64,000 nucleotides of DNA from Auanema rhodensis (taxonomy: Eukaryota > Animalia > Nematoda). The notes under the pieces are model-generated. The model made no database searches, was not told where the DNA came from, and saw nothing but the letters and a program-made list of their open reading frames with translations. The stretch lies in contig OZ059898.1 of the NCBI GenBank assembly GCA_964057225.1, positions 10,602,001 through 10,666,000 on the forward strand, written 5' to 3'. Of this stretch, positions 46,766 through 59,100 are shown in pieces; positions within the stretch are counted from its first letter, which is position 1; each line of letters begins with the position of its first letter. The position numbers and the translations under genes were made by a program.

Positions 46766-48003
46766 AGTAGAGAGCCGTGCAAAATTTACTAACCACGCCC
46801 CCAAACAGCTGTCAAAAACATACTTTTGGGGGCGTCAGCTGCTAAAAACATACTTTTGGGGCGCGTCAGCTGTCAAAAACATATTTTTGAGCGTCAGCTG
46901 TTAAAATCATATTTTAGGATCATGGTTCATGGATTTTCCTTTTTTAAATTTAAAAATCATGATTTAAAGCATGATTTTTTTTTTTTTTTTTAATTTTTTT
47001 TTTTTAAATCAAATTTAAATATGCTTTTTTAAATGTATATATATAATTATATATTTTCAATTATTTTTAAATATATTAAGTAAAAATAAAAATCTTAATT
47101 TTAAATATTTAAATTATATTAAAATTTTATATTTATAAATTATATTTAAATTATATTTAACCTTTATATATATAAATTATATTTAAACTTTAAATTTTAT
47201 ATATAAATTATATTTAAATTTTAAATATATAAATTTGTTTTTAAATTTTATTTATTTCTTTATTTCTTTATTATATTTATTAATAATGTTTGTTTACTTA
47301 TTTTGTTTATTTTTTATTGTATTGTGTTTGTACTATTTTATTTGTATTTTTAAAGATCAATAAAATTTTTGCATGTAGATAATTTTGTTCACCGTACTTG
47401 TTATGGGTAATTCAATGGAACACATATCGAAAGTTAATTCGATAAGAACGATATGAAATACCAAAATTCAATGGAACACATATCGAAGGTTAATTCGATA
47501 AGAACGATATGAAATACCAAAATTTAATGGAACACATATCGAAGGTTAATTCGATAAGAACGACATTAAATTATTAATTTTTGAAATTACAAATTGTTAT
47601 TAATTATATTTATTCTAACAAGTAAAAGTTTCAAATTATAATAAAAGATTAGTTTTAAACTTTATTTTACTAATATAACAATACAATAACTAAATAGAGC
47701 ACACATTGAAGGTAAATACAATAAGATTAAGAAACAGTTGCGCTGACCTCAACGCCACGCATATCGATGGTTAATAAACAGTAATAACTGCACTGTGGGG
47801 GTTTAAATATAGTATAATCATTTTAACATTTCAAAAGTTTTAGTTTCGTAATATAATCATTATTAAATATTAAAGAATGAAATTTTTTTCACATATAAAA
47901 CGTTGGCAGTCATATGTTTTGTGCTACAATATGGGTGTAAAAGTATACTATGAAAAAAATATGAGCTATTAATTAAAGTTTAAAAAGCGTAAATGTTTTA
48001 CAG

Positions 48004-49170
48004 AGATGGCTGTTGTTTATGGCACAAACGGTAAACAATAATGTTTAAAGAGATGTAAAAACTAATTAATATGCAGATTGTTTACAGGTTCAGAGTGCGC
48101 CAACTGCTGGCAACTGTCGATAAGATGAGTATATCTGCATAAATATGCTGTAAAATCTAATTAATAAGAGAATTTCATCAGCAAACTTGATTGTAACACA
48201 ATGGGTTGTACTTTACAAAAATCTTTGTATAAAAGGTTGGCAATTTTGCTACATTTACATTTCAGCTCTGCCAACTATCCGAGGATCCGACGTTTCACCA
48301 TCTCCTGCCACTCTTTGCCAATCGCCATAGACTGCTCCTCTCTGCAAGTTTGCCTTATATTTTAGAAAGTTGGATCTTTAGCGGAAATGAAGCGTGCTGT
48401 ACTTGCTGATGTGACACACTACACTTTACTTTAAACTAAGTCCAGAAGCACTCAACATCCACACCAGCTCCAAATTTTACAAGTTTTGGTATGAACCTTA
48501 ACTTGTATTTTTTAAATCTTTAATTTAGATTCACCAATAAAGCAGATGGAGATTCTGAGAGAGAGCACTCCACCAAGGAGTGTATTAATGAGACCAATTT
48601 GTCTCTGCAAAACTTGTAGGGAATCATTGCAGGTTATAGACGAGTATCACTGTTTCAGCCTCTGTATAAAGTGTAGAGGAAGAAATGATGCGTTGGGTCT
48701 TTTGAAGGAATTTCGTCACTATAAGCCCGAAAACTTTTCTATTAATGTAAGCTTGCATATTTATTTATTTTCAATTTTATCATTTTTTAGATGCGCTCTT
48801 ATAACACCATGACGTGCAAACAATTGTTGAACAATATGGGCTATATTGTTATATATGCAGATGAGGCTACTGTAAAGACTTTTGGTTATAAGCAGAATGT
48901 ATTCTACTTTAAACTAAGTCCAGAAGCACTCAACCTGAACATGTTTATCCGCTTTGATCCTTCATTTTGACTACAACAAGCACAAATAGTACAATTGGCG
49001 TTTTATTCTTGTTTTGTTATATGGCATTTTTATATTCTCAGCCGTAACATTTTTTTTTCCAGCTCTTAAGAATATCCATCAATGGCTCATCAATTGAGGA
49101 CGAATGATCAACCAACTGGTAAGAATTTGAAAATTTGAATAGTCTACATTTTTTTTTTGCAGGTTGAATT
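48004..49170 (+). other. Putative multi-exon Maverick accessory gene with a Cys-rich exon; mirror copy ~29520-30695 on the minus strand
   Basis: Repeated short gt...tttcag/tttag introns around GC-richer blocks; exon ICLCKTC...HCFSLCIKC. Full reading frame not resolved. Confidence 0.45.
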
Positions 49171-49264
49171 GTTGTTTGTATTTTGCTGGTTTTTTATTGT
49201 TACATTATGCGATATATCAAATAAATCATTTATTATAATTACAATTGTTTATAACATTGAAAAA

Positions 49265-50261
49265 TTATACATTTAAATTTTCTGCATCTATCCATTCATT
49301 AAAGTTGTCGGGATATCCACTCCATTTTACAAATACTTGACGTTTACCGCTTCGAGTACGCTCTTTTAAAACTTTTTCTATATAGTACTTGTTACTGTTA
49401 TTAGTAGCCAAGACAAGTTCAGGTTCGTAGAATATTCCCTTTATACGTTCACCATTATAATCTACAAGTTTATACACGGTTGGGTTTCCGGTTACAACCT
49501 CATCAATTGTGAACAGCTCCATTGTATATCCAGACTCGTAGCTTTTTTCAAAAGTACGCCGATTTTTGCTTATGCAAACAGTATCACCAATTTTGAAGCG
49601 GCTTTTAACAGCTGGTGCATATTCTTCAATGAATATATTTGCTTTAACATCAATGGGCCGCATTTTTATGGAGCGGTTGTAAGATTTGTTAATTCCTTCA
49701 ACCAAATCATCTAGGATATCCATCCAACGATGATTATTCTTGTAATAGAGATATTTCATCATGCGTGTTTTTAAAGTTCTATTTGCTCGCTCCACCATTG
49801 CAGCCTTTTGTGGTGAACTTGTAGATCCGTGCAGTATGGCAAACTTTTTGAATAGTTTTTCACAATGACTATTATAAAACTCTGTGCCATTATCAGTAAT
49901 CAACTGAATTGGTATAAAATTCTTGAATAAACTTTCAAATGCACTAGCAACCTCTATACCACCTTTACATGCGTGTATAAACATCAATCATGGTCAACAT
50001 GTAAGCATAGCCGTCGTTTAATTTTTTATATTTTTGCATATCAACCAAATCTGCTTGCACTGTTAGAAATCGACCACATCCTCTAGTCTTTCTAGTCTGC
50101 ATACGCATTCTGGTTGGTTTATGCCGTGTAAAAGTTCTTGCAAAAAATCATCAACTTGTACCTTTGAAATGCCATGTTTTCGTGCTTGCGATAATAAATT
50201 CTTGGCTGATGTATATAAAGCTGGATGTTTTATATCGTAATAAATGCTCGCCAAAATATCA
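49265..50261 (-). pseudogene. Maverick integrase with chromodomain, same frameshifts as 11925-12921
   Basis: DDE motifs split across reading frames. Confidence 0.9.
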
Positions 50262-50975
50262 TTTCCATAATCTAATGTAGAACCTTTTACGACCTTGGCC
50301 ATTCTGTGAGTCTCCTTCTTGTGGTGTGTAATATGATTCGGCGGCAGTATCAAAAGTCTTTGACCTTTTACTTTTGAGTGTACGAACCGGTGATGGTGAA
50401 TATCTAATAACAGCTTTACGATGACGAGGCGTTCTAGGTAATATAGTAGAGTCCAAGTCTGTAACAGCCGGTTCAGCTTTAGTTACAACGTCAACTGAAT
50501 CATTGTCAGCCGACTCTCTTCTAGTTTGTTTCTTGTTAGAACTAGATACGCCTTTACTGGCTAAAAACTTTGACAAGACTGAAAATCCATTGGGCTCCGT
50601 TTTTGTTTCATCCAATACAAAATCTAAAATTTTTGTAATATTCGTGTTTGGTACAGCCTCATTATTAATCACAAGTTGATTACTCTTGTTTGTGCGCACC
50701 TCTGGAAATTTCTCCCACAAATTGTTATACTTTCTTGGCAACTTGTATTCTGGCAACAGAGGTGGATCAGCATTTTCCACTTGTACTGATATGGGCGCAT
50801 CTATACTTTCTCTATAGTTTTTGAGACGAGCAATCAAGTCTTCGTATAGTTCAGCCTTTTTATAGTCGGGTATAGCTCTATTTTCTCGTAAAAGCTTGAG
50901 CTCTGCATCAAACTTGTCTATATTAATTGTTTCCTCGTCGACAGGAATTAGTCGATACTTATGGTTGAGCTTCAT
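50259..50975 (-). CDS. Maverick protein of unknown function (238 aa)
   Basis: Intact ORF, same as 12919-13635. Confidence 0.75.
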   Translation of the reverse strand: MKLNHKYRLIPVDEETINIDKFDAELKLLRENRAIPDYKKAELYEDLIARLKNYRESIDAPISVQVENADPPLLPEYKLPRKYNNLWEKFPEVRTNKSNQLVINNEAVPNTNITKILDFVLDETKTEPNGFSVLSKFLASKGVSSSNKKQTRRESADNDSVDVVTKAEPAVTDLDSTILPRTPRHRKAVIRYSPSPVRTLKSKRSKTFDTAAESYYTPQEGDSQNGQGRKRFYIRLWK

Positions 50976-51280
50976 GATTTAAAACCAAAATAGGCAATAC
51001 CACATGTAACTATTGTTTTCAATTGTTTGTGTGAACGCGTTGCCAATAATGATTTAGCCTTTTCCGGTGTGCGTATCAAAGCTAATTGACGTAATAATGA
51101 AGATATGGGCAAGAGGGTTTTATATTCCTTGTCAGTTAAAAGAAAATTATTATTTTTCACAATATTAAATACAATTTCAACAATAATTTCAATTTGTGCA
51201 AAAGAAAATGAGGAAACAGAACAAGGAGTTTTGGCGCAAGAAGACAAAAAGTTGAAATTTGACAAAATACGACCACTCAT
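50972..51280 (-). CDS. Small Maverick protein (102 aa)
   Basis: Same as 13632-13940. Confidence 0.7.
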   Translation of the reverse strand: MSGRILSNFNFLSSCAKTPCSVSSFSFAQIEIIVEIVFNIVKNNNFLLTDKEYKTLLPISSLLRQLALIRTPEKAKSLLATRSHKQLKTIVTCGIAYFGFKS

Positions 51281-51292
51281 TGAACAAGCACT

Positions 51293-51940
51293 TTAAACAC
51301 TAAACACATTTCTGGCAACATAAACAATAGGGTTCTCCGCTGTTATATCAGATAGTATACGCTGCTTCTCACTTGTTAAAGGATGATTGTCAATCAGTAA
51401 ATGACTATAGGGAGTAGACATTGCATCATCATACGCCTCTAGAGCATTTTTGAAACGTGGCCCAAATAATTGCTGCAGACAATTACGTATTTGTAATATA
51501 TCTGAATGACTTTTCATCAGTATTATATATGTACTATTGATTCGACTGGTCCTGTCCAGTTGAAATGCCGCTTGCACAAGATTAAACACTGCCAAATTCC
51601 AGTGATGAGCCCATACTGTAAAAATGTTGTTGAGTAATTCCTTTGCTGCTTTATTCGATGAAAAAAAGTTCATCAAATCATCCAGCACTAGTATAGTATT
51701 TACTCCCTTTTGTTCTTTTATCAAATCAGGATCAGGAGGCCCTTGAATAATTATTAAACGCTCATCATTTATTGGTACACCTGACGATGACCCACATTGA
51801 CTGAACCAGAATATTCTATCAATGGGGACGTTGAAAAACTTTTCAGTATTTTCACATATGTGCTTTATGAGGGTTGTTTTACCGCATTGGGTAGCACCTA
51901 TTACAGTTGTCTGACTGGGTAGTTTGAAGCTGAAAACCAT
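51293..51940 (-). CDS. Maverick packaging ATPase
   Basis: Walker A GATQCGKT and Walker B LVLDD. Confidence 0.93.
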   Translation of the reverse strand: MVFSFKLPSQTTVIGATQCGKTTLIKHICENTEKFFNVPIDRIFWFSQCGSSSGVPINDERLIIIQGPPDPDLIKEQKGVNTILVLDDLMNFFSSNKAAKELLNNIFTVWAHHWNLAVFNLVQAAFQLDRTSRINSTYIILMKSHSDILQIRNCLQQLFGPRFKNALEAYDDAMSTPYSHLLIDNHPLTSEKQRILSDITAENPIVYVARNVFSV

Positions 51941-52019
51941 AATCAACCACTCGTAAATGTACCTAAAATGCAAATGATTTCATTTGCAATAGTGTACACG
52001 TATCAAGTGGTGGTTTGTC

Positions 52020-53191
52020 ATGGATGATTTTTACATTACTCTTCCATCATCAGTTGACTCTGAAAAAAGTAATACATCATCAGTGTTTCTTACCAGATTA
52101 CCTGAAACACTAAGGCTACGCAATAATAGATATTGCATTGGGCTGACAGACATCATTTTTCCTTGTTCTATATTAAATGTTCAAAAAGATTTATCTTATA
52201 CACTACGTTTTTCCAATAGAAAATTTATTCTACACTTGCCTAAAGGCAACTATGCAAATGGTGATGAAATAATACGCGGAATCAATGCTGGAAGAGAATC
52301 ATTTATCGCCAACAATACAAAGCCTCTTGGAGCTGAGGAAGAAGCACGTATAAAAAGTTTAATGGATAAAGATGAAGATGTAAAAAAATGGTATAATAAT
52401 CGCCAGGCTGAGGCTAAGCTAGTGGAGGAAATGCTCGCAGACGCCACATTTCAGTTTAACAAAACATTGCAGCGCATAGAGTTTGTAACAAGCAAGCGAC
52501 TATTAATGAATGCAACGCTTGGTGATGATTTTGCATATTTTCTTGGTTTTGAAAATAAAAACATCAACGATACAATAATAGCCAGGCGTCCCATTGATTT
52601 TTCAAATAACATTAATACAATGTATATATTGGCTGGACAGTTCCTTACTCTCCAGACCTTGCCCCAACAGATTTTCATCTGTTTAGGTCAATGGAGCATA
52701 GTTTAAGGGGAGAGAACTTCAAAAATATACAGGAAGTTGAAACCTTTGTGAAAAATTTTTTTGCATCAAAAAATAAAGTTTTTTTCAGGAAAGGTATCAG
52801 AAGTTTGAGAGACAGATGGGAGAAGGTTATCGCAAAGAACGGCGAATACTAAAAATAATAAATTTTTTTCTCTCAATATGTTTTTTTGACTATTTTATGG
52901 GCTTGGGTGGGGGGGGCCGGGAATCAATGCAACCACCTAATATATTGAGATATTGTAGAATATTCCATTCTTGGTAATGTGAAAGCTAATTTACTTGCAT
53001 GTTTACCTGTACCACCTCCTACTGAATTTGGTAAAATGATTGCCAAAACATTTAATCCTATTCGTTATGTACCAATCACTAGACAAACACTCGATACCAT
53101 ACGTATTGAAATTTTAGATGAATTTGGTCGTCCTATGCAATTTAATTATGGTTCTACAGTTGTTACATTGCATGTTAAAAATATGAAATAA
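52020..53191 (+). pseudogene. Minor capsid protein copy 4, interrupted, with TGA stop
   Basis: Insertion at 52629-52940; TGA at 52946-52948. Confidence 0.88.
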
Positions 53192-53269
53192 ACGTTTTAT
53201 TCAACAGTTATACAATACCACATTTTTATTTTCGAAGGTTTAAAAGATAGTTTAGGGCAGTTTTGTTTG

Positions 53270-53734
53270 TCAATCACCTATAGCCCAAAATCTCATCAAT
53301 GCCGGAAGAAACGCCTTATCCAGTGCTGTAAGCATTCGACTGGTCCTGTCCAGTTGAAATGCCGCTTGCACAAGATTAAACACTGCCAAATTCCAGTGAT
53401 GAGCCCATACTGTAAAAATGTTGTTGAGTAATTCCTTTGCTGCTTTATTCGATGAAAAAAAGTTCATCAAATCATCCAGCACTAGTATAGTATTTACTCC
53501 ATTTTGTTCTTTTATCAAATCAGGATCAGGAGGCCCTTGAATAATTATTAAACGCTCATCATTTATTGGTACACCTGACGATGACCCACATTGACTGAAC
53601 CAGAATATTCTATCAATGGGGACGTTGAAAAACTTTTCAGTATTTTCACATATGTGCTTTATGAGGGTTGTTTTACCGCATTGGGTAGCACCTATTACAG
53701 TTGTCTGACTGGGTAGTTTGAAGCTGAAAACCAT
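53270..53734 (-). pseudogene. 3'-truncated ATPase copy
   Basis: Same filler junction as 15930. Confidence 0.85.
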
Positions 53735-53813
53735 AATCAACCACTCGTAAATGTACCTAAAATGCAAATGATTTCATTTGCAATAGTGTACACGTATCAA
53801 GTGGTGGTTTGTC

Positions 53814-54985
53814 ATGGATGATTTTTACATTACTCTTCCATCATCAGTTGACTCTGAAAAAAGTAATACATCATCAGTGTTTCTTACCAGATTACCTGAA
53901 ACACTAAGGCTACGCAATAATAGATATTGCATTGGGCTGACAGACATCATTTTTCCTTGTTCTATATTAAATGTTCAAAAAGATTTATCTTATACACTAC
54001 GTTTTTCCAAAAGAAAATTTATTCTACACTTGCCTAAAGGCAACTATGCAAATGGTGATGAAATAATACGCGGAATCAATGCTGGAAGAGAATCATTTAT
54101 CGTCAACAATACAAAGCCTCTTGGAGCTGAGGAAGAAGCACGTATAAAAAGTTTAATGGATAAAGATGAAGATGTAAAAAAATGGTATAATAATCGCCAG
54201 GCTGAGGCTAAGCTAGTGGAGGAAATGCTCGCAGACGCCACATTTCAGTTCAACAAAACATTGCAGCGCATAGAGTTTGTAACAAGCAAGCGACTATTAA
54301 TGAATGCAACGTTTGGTGATGATTTTGCATATTTTCTTGGTTTTGAAAATAAAAACATCAACGATACAATAATAGCCAGGCGTCCCATTGATTTTTCAAA
54401 TAACATTAATACAATGTATATATTGGCTGGACAGATCCTTACTCTCCAGACCTTGCCCCAACAGATTTTCATCTGTTTAGGGCAATGGAGCATAGTTTAA
54501 GGGGAGAGAACTTCAAAAATATACAGGAAGTTGAAACCTTTGTGAAAAATTTTTTTGCATCAAAAAATAAAGTTTTTTTCAGAAAAGGTATCAGAAGTTT
54601 GAGAGACAGATGGGAGAAGGTTATCGCAAAGAACGGCGAATACTAAAAATAATAAATTTTTTTCTCTCAATATGTTTTTTTGACTATTTTATGGGCTTGG
54701 GTGGGGGGGGCCGGGAATCAATGCAACCACCTAATATATTGTGATATTGTAGAATATTCCATTCTTGGTAATGTGAAAGCTAATTTACTTGCATGTTTAC
54801 CTGTACCACCTCCTACTGAATTTGGTAAAATGATTGCCAAAACATTTAATCCTATTCGTTATGTACCAATCACTAGACAAACACTCGATACCATACGTAT
54901 TGAAATTTTAGATGAATTTGGTCGTCCTATGCAATTTAATTATGGTTCTACAGTTGTTACATTGCATGTTAAAAATATGAAATAA
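53814..54985 (+). pseudogene. Minor capsid protein copy 5, interrupted
   Basis: Insertion at 54423-54734; several private SNPs. Confidence 0.88.
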
Positions 54986-54990
54986 ACGTT

Positions 54991-55455
54991 TTATTCAACA
55001 GTTATACAATACCACATTTTTATTTTCGAAGGTTTAAAAGATAGTTTAGGGCAGTTTTGTTTGTCGCTCGGCTCGTGTTGTGAATGTTCTCCGTCACTAT
55101 TGCTGCGGCATCTTTTTGATTGGGTTGAATGTACAAACTCCTCAGCTTTTTCAAAGGGTTTGCTTGTATCATTTCCATCACCATCTTCACCATTCGTTCC
55201 ATTATTATTATGAATACGCCGAATATGACGCTCACAATTGAATCTTGTTCCAAAAGTTTCACTACAATGAGGGCACAAACGTCTACGAACACCATCCAAA
55301 TGTCCATATTTTTGAATAAAGTCAACATTGCTGATATAATTGTTACATACGGGTTGAATCCCTGCATGCCTTTTCAAAACGTGATCACTAAAATGCTTGG
55401 TTGAAGAAAATATTTCCTTGCATGTACCACAATATTTGTTACATAAAAGTTCCAT
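54991..55455 (-). CDS. C2H2 zinc-finger protein (two fingers), Maverick accessory gene
   Basis: CGTCKEIFSSTKHFSDHVLKRH and CPHCSETFGTRFNCERHIRRIH; ATG at 55455. Confidence 0.8.
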   Translation of the reverse strand: MELLCNKYCGTCKEIFSSTKHFSDHVLKRHAGIQPVCNNYISNVDFIQKYGHLDGVRRRLCPHCSETFGTRFNCERHIRRIHNNNGTNGEDGDGNDTSKPFEKAEEFVHSTQSKRCRSNSDGEHSQHEPSDKQNCPKLSFKPSKIKMWYCITVE

Positions 55456-55496
55456 TAGAGGAAAATGAAAAACGACCACACGCAATCAACCCACTT

Positions 55497-55703
55497 TTAT
55501 ATAATGAGCAATAATATGACTAGTGTTGTACAAAAGCCCAATCCCAATGCTATACCTTTAATAAATGGCACTGAAATACATTTCAACATTCTCCTGTATA
55601 AAGGCGCTGGTTTAGATTGCTCCAACGTGTATTTGACACATAATTCACAGTGACAAGGAATATTCATAACTGACCACGTAATGTAGCAGGTTATTAATGA
55701 CAA
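55497..55703 (-). CDS. Small 68-aa ORF with a hydrophobic C-terminus
   Basis: Fills the gap between protease and zinc-finger genes; GIALGLGFCTTLVILLLII tail. Confidence 0.45.
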   Translation of the reverse strand: MSLITCYITWSVMNIPCHCELCVKYTLEQSKPAPLYRRMLKCISVPFIKGIALGLGFCTTLVILLLII

Positions 55704-55708
55704 ATTTC

Positions 55709-56147
55709 TTATATAGTAGCCAATTTATAGTCGAATACTTTATGCATAAACGCTTTAATAAAGACATCATCATTTTTCAATAGTTTAAAAAATGAACAAA
55801 TGCTTTCAAATGAATTACCAGCCGACAACATTAGTATTACAAATACCACATAGCCACCACAAGTGTATTCAATTAAACGTTGTGGTTTGCAAGTATTAAT
55901 TTTTACCTTTTTATATTTGGCCAGATAATTTTGAATGTACTTGTTCATTTTATATCCCAAGCTACAGAAAAAATAGGCTTGCTTGTTACGGACAAAGATG
56001 ACCTGCCAATGTGTGCCTGGCTTATCATGTGTGTCAGTATTTACGACAAGTGCAAAGTTTTTACGACGCGTTTTGGGTAGAGTATCAGCGCTATATACAC
56101 CGAGGAATAGTTTCCGAGTGCTGGGGACAGATTGCAATAGTGATACT
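55709..56147 (-). pseudogene. Maverick adenain-like cysteine (maturation) protease, 5' end lost at the LINE junction
   Basis: FLGVYSADTLP...VVNTD...PGTHW...PQ...TCGGY. Confidence 0.88.
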
Positions 56148-59100
56148 ATTCTAACTAACTCTTGTTCTAACTCGGCTCCCACTTCAAAGAATTTTCGTTA
56201 GTTCTATCACCTCCTCTGCTCCCGTATCCTTTTATTTTTGTAATGCTCGCTCTGTTTTAAATAAATTCCCTTTTTTTGATCTCATTTCCACTCTTTATGA
56301 CCCAGATATTATTTGCTTTAATGAAAGTTGGCTTAACAGTGAAATTTGTAGCTCAACTTTACCACTATCTACCTCTTATCACGTCTTTCGTTGTGACAGA
56401 AATAAAGATAAGAAAGGAGGTGGTGTTCTGGTTATGCTCAAAAAACACTTCATAGTCAACGATGTTTTTTCCCTTTCCTTTAGTGATTATTGTCAAGTTG
56501 TTCTTTTCAGTCTAGAAATCCCTTGTCTAACTATTTGCATTTGTTACCGCTCTCCATCTTGTACCATTACCTCATTCAACTCATTTCTTAACTACCTAAT
56601 ATCTTCTGAGATAGTTAAAAGTAATTTTGTTCTTGTTGGAGATTTCAATTTCCCTTCTATATGCTGGGAAAATTACTCTCTAACTAAAGAAACCGCTCAA
56701 GCCAAAAAATTCTTAGATTTCAATGGTATCCAATGGCTGCTCTCAACTTGTTTCCTTTCCTACCCGTGGTGTTAATACAATTGACTGTGTTGTGACAAAT
56801 GTTCCTGAGATGGTGTCAGATATCGACTGTCTTCCCCCCTTCGGTACTTCTGATCACCAAGCTTTACTCTTCCGTGTTAATTGTATTTTTGATACCTTTC
56901 AAAGCCATGGTCTTATTTTCACATCTGCACCCAAAACTATTGATAAATCCATTCGTTCCTTTGATCACCCTAAGCATTTGCTTGCTAGGAATTTTAGTGT
57001 TGCTGATTATAATAAAATCAATTCTATTATTGGAAATATTGATTTTGTTCAAGCTCTTTCACACTTGAATGTTTGTGAAGCTTATGAATGTTTCATGGAA
57101 ATACTCAGAGATGTGATTCGTTGTAATGTTCCTAAGCCCAAAAAACGTAACACTAAACATTCCATTGCACGTTCTTTATGTTACCTCAATACTAAGCTTG
57201 CAAGACTGTCTAAATGTTTCGGTACTGGGTCTTCTGTAAGGTACCGTTCTCTTGCACGTAGATTCAACTGTTTGCTTAAACGACAACGCGCTTTTGAAGA
57301 ACAGAGAATTTCATTACAAGGCAACCAAAAATTATTTTTCAAATTTTGTCGTGGTCGTTTGGGTGGTTCAATTGAAGCATCTTACTTTAAGCATGACAAA
57401 AAAACAATATCAGATGCTGTTGACAAAGTCAACCTACTTTCTGACATTTTCTCAGAGCCTTTTCTTGTTTCTAGCCCAAATTCATGTTTTCCATGTTTCA
57501 CAAACCGTTCTGCAGTGTCTTGTTCATTACCATTTTTTCATATTGAAGAACTAACAGTTTTCAAGTTTCTCAAAAATATTCCTTCTCGTACTTGCACATC
57601 GCCTGACGGAATTCCCTATATTTTTCTCAATCGGTGTGCTTTATCTCTTGTGCGTCCTTTAACTTATTTTTTTAATGCATTTTTGTCTTTTGGTGTGTGT
57701 CCTGATGGCTGGAAAATAGCATGGATTAAGCCAGTTTTCAAGTCTGGTAATTCTAGTAATCCTAACAATTACCGACCCATCTCTTTAACCACTTCTATTT
57801 CTAAAGTCTTTGAACGTATCATTAGAAAAGAAATGTTAGATCATTTACTTCGCAATGATCTCATTTCTTCGTCTCAGCATGGTTTTCTTCCTGGTCGTAG
57901 CACTTGCACAGCACTTCTCAGTGCTCATGCAGAATGGAGACGCCTTAGGGAACAACGTGAAACAATCTATACAGCATTTATTGATTTCTCCAAAGCATTC
58001 GATAAGATTAATCATAACATCTTGTTACAGAAACTGTACTCTTTTGGTTTCCATAGTTCTCTTATCAAATTCTTTGGACAATTTTTATCCATTAGAACAT
58101 TTTCTGTTCTATATGACAATGTTCTATCTGAACCTCGAAAGATTGATTGCGGTGTTCCCCAGGGAACTGTTCTTGGTCCACTTTTTTTCTTGTTATATGT
58201 AAACGACTTGTTGGAAAGTTTCGAGGGGGACACTAAGGTAGTTGCTTATGCTGATGATATTAAGTTATACTCAACTAATGCTTCTAACCTACAAGTCTCA
58301 CTGGAAACTCTCTCTCTATGGTGTAATAACAATGATATGTTTATCAATGTTAAGAAGTCAAAAATTATGATTTTGGGAAATCGCATTAACGACATTCAGT
58401 TCAAAATTAATGACTTCGTTCTGGAGGTTGTTGAAGAGTTCAAAGATCTGGGTGTTGTCATGAACAAAAATATTTCTTTTCGTCCCCATCTTCTGATGAT
58501 TTCATCAACAGCCACCAAGCGTTGTAAATTAATTTTGAGATGTTTCAACAGCTCTTGTCCAAAATTACTATTTCGTCTTTTTTGCTGCTACGTTAGACCA
58601 ATACTTGAATATGCGTCCGAAGTCTGGTCTCCCTATCTCAAAAGAGATATTCAACTTATTGAGAATGTTCAGAAAAGATTTGTTAACGCCATCTTTAAAC
58701 GTTCGAGACTTGAAATACATGGCTATCACAATAAGCTCAACGTTCTAGATGCTAGTGACTTATTCACTAGACGAAAAACGACAGATTTATGTCAATATTT
58801 CAAAATAGTTAAGAGCAACTCAAATTTCAGCAAATCATTGTTCAGACTGAAAGAACATGCATATTCTTTTCGTCAACACGACTTTTTGATTGTGGCTCCG
58901 AGATACCAGTCTAACGCGGCACTGTCTAGTTTCGAATATCGTAGAATCAAAGATTGGAACCAGCTTCACTCCATTTTGATTAATATTGAAAAAGTTTCTA
59001 ATTTTCGTAGTTGTATTATGAATCATAATTCTTCTTTATTGTGACTTTGTTTTTAACTTGTTTTTATTTTTCTTTTTTTCTTTTTTCTTCAATGAGATTG

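Noticed and set aside
56148-56182. ORF-track N-terminus of the protease (MGAELEQELVRI)
   Set aside because: Non-ATG start lying in antisense LINE sequence; not the true start.
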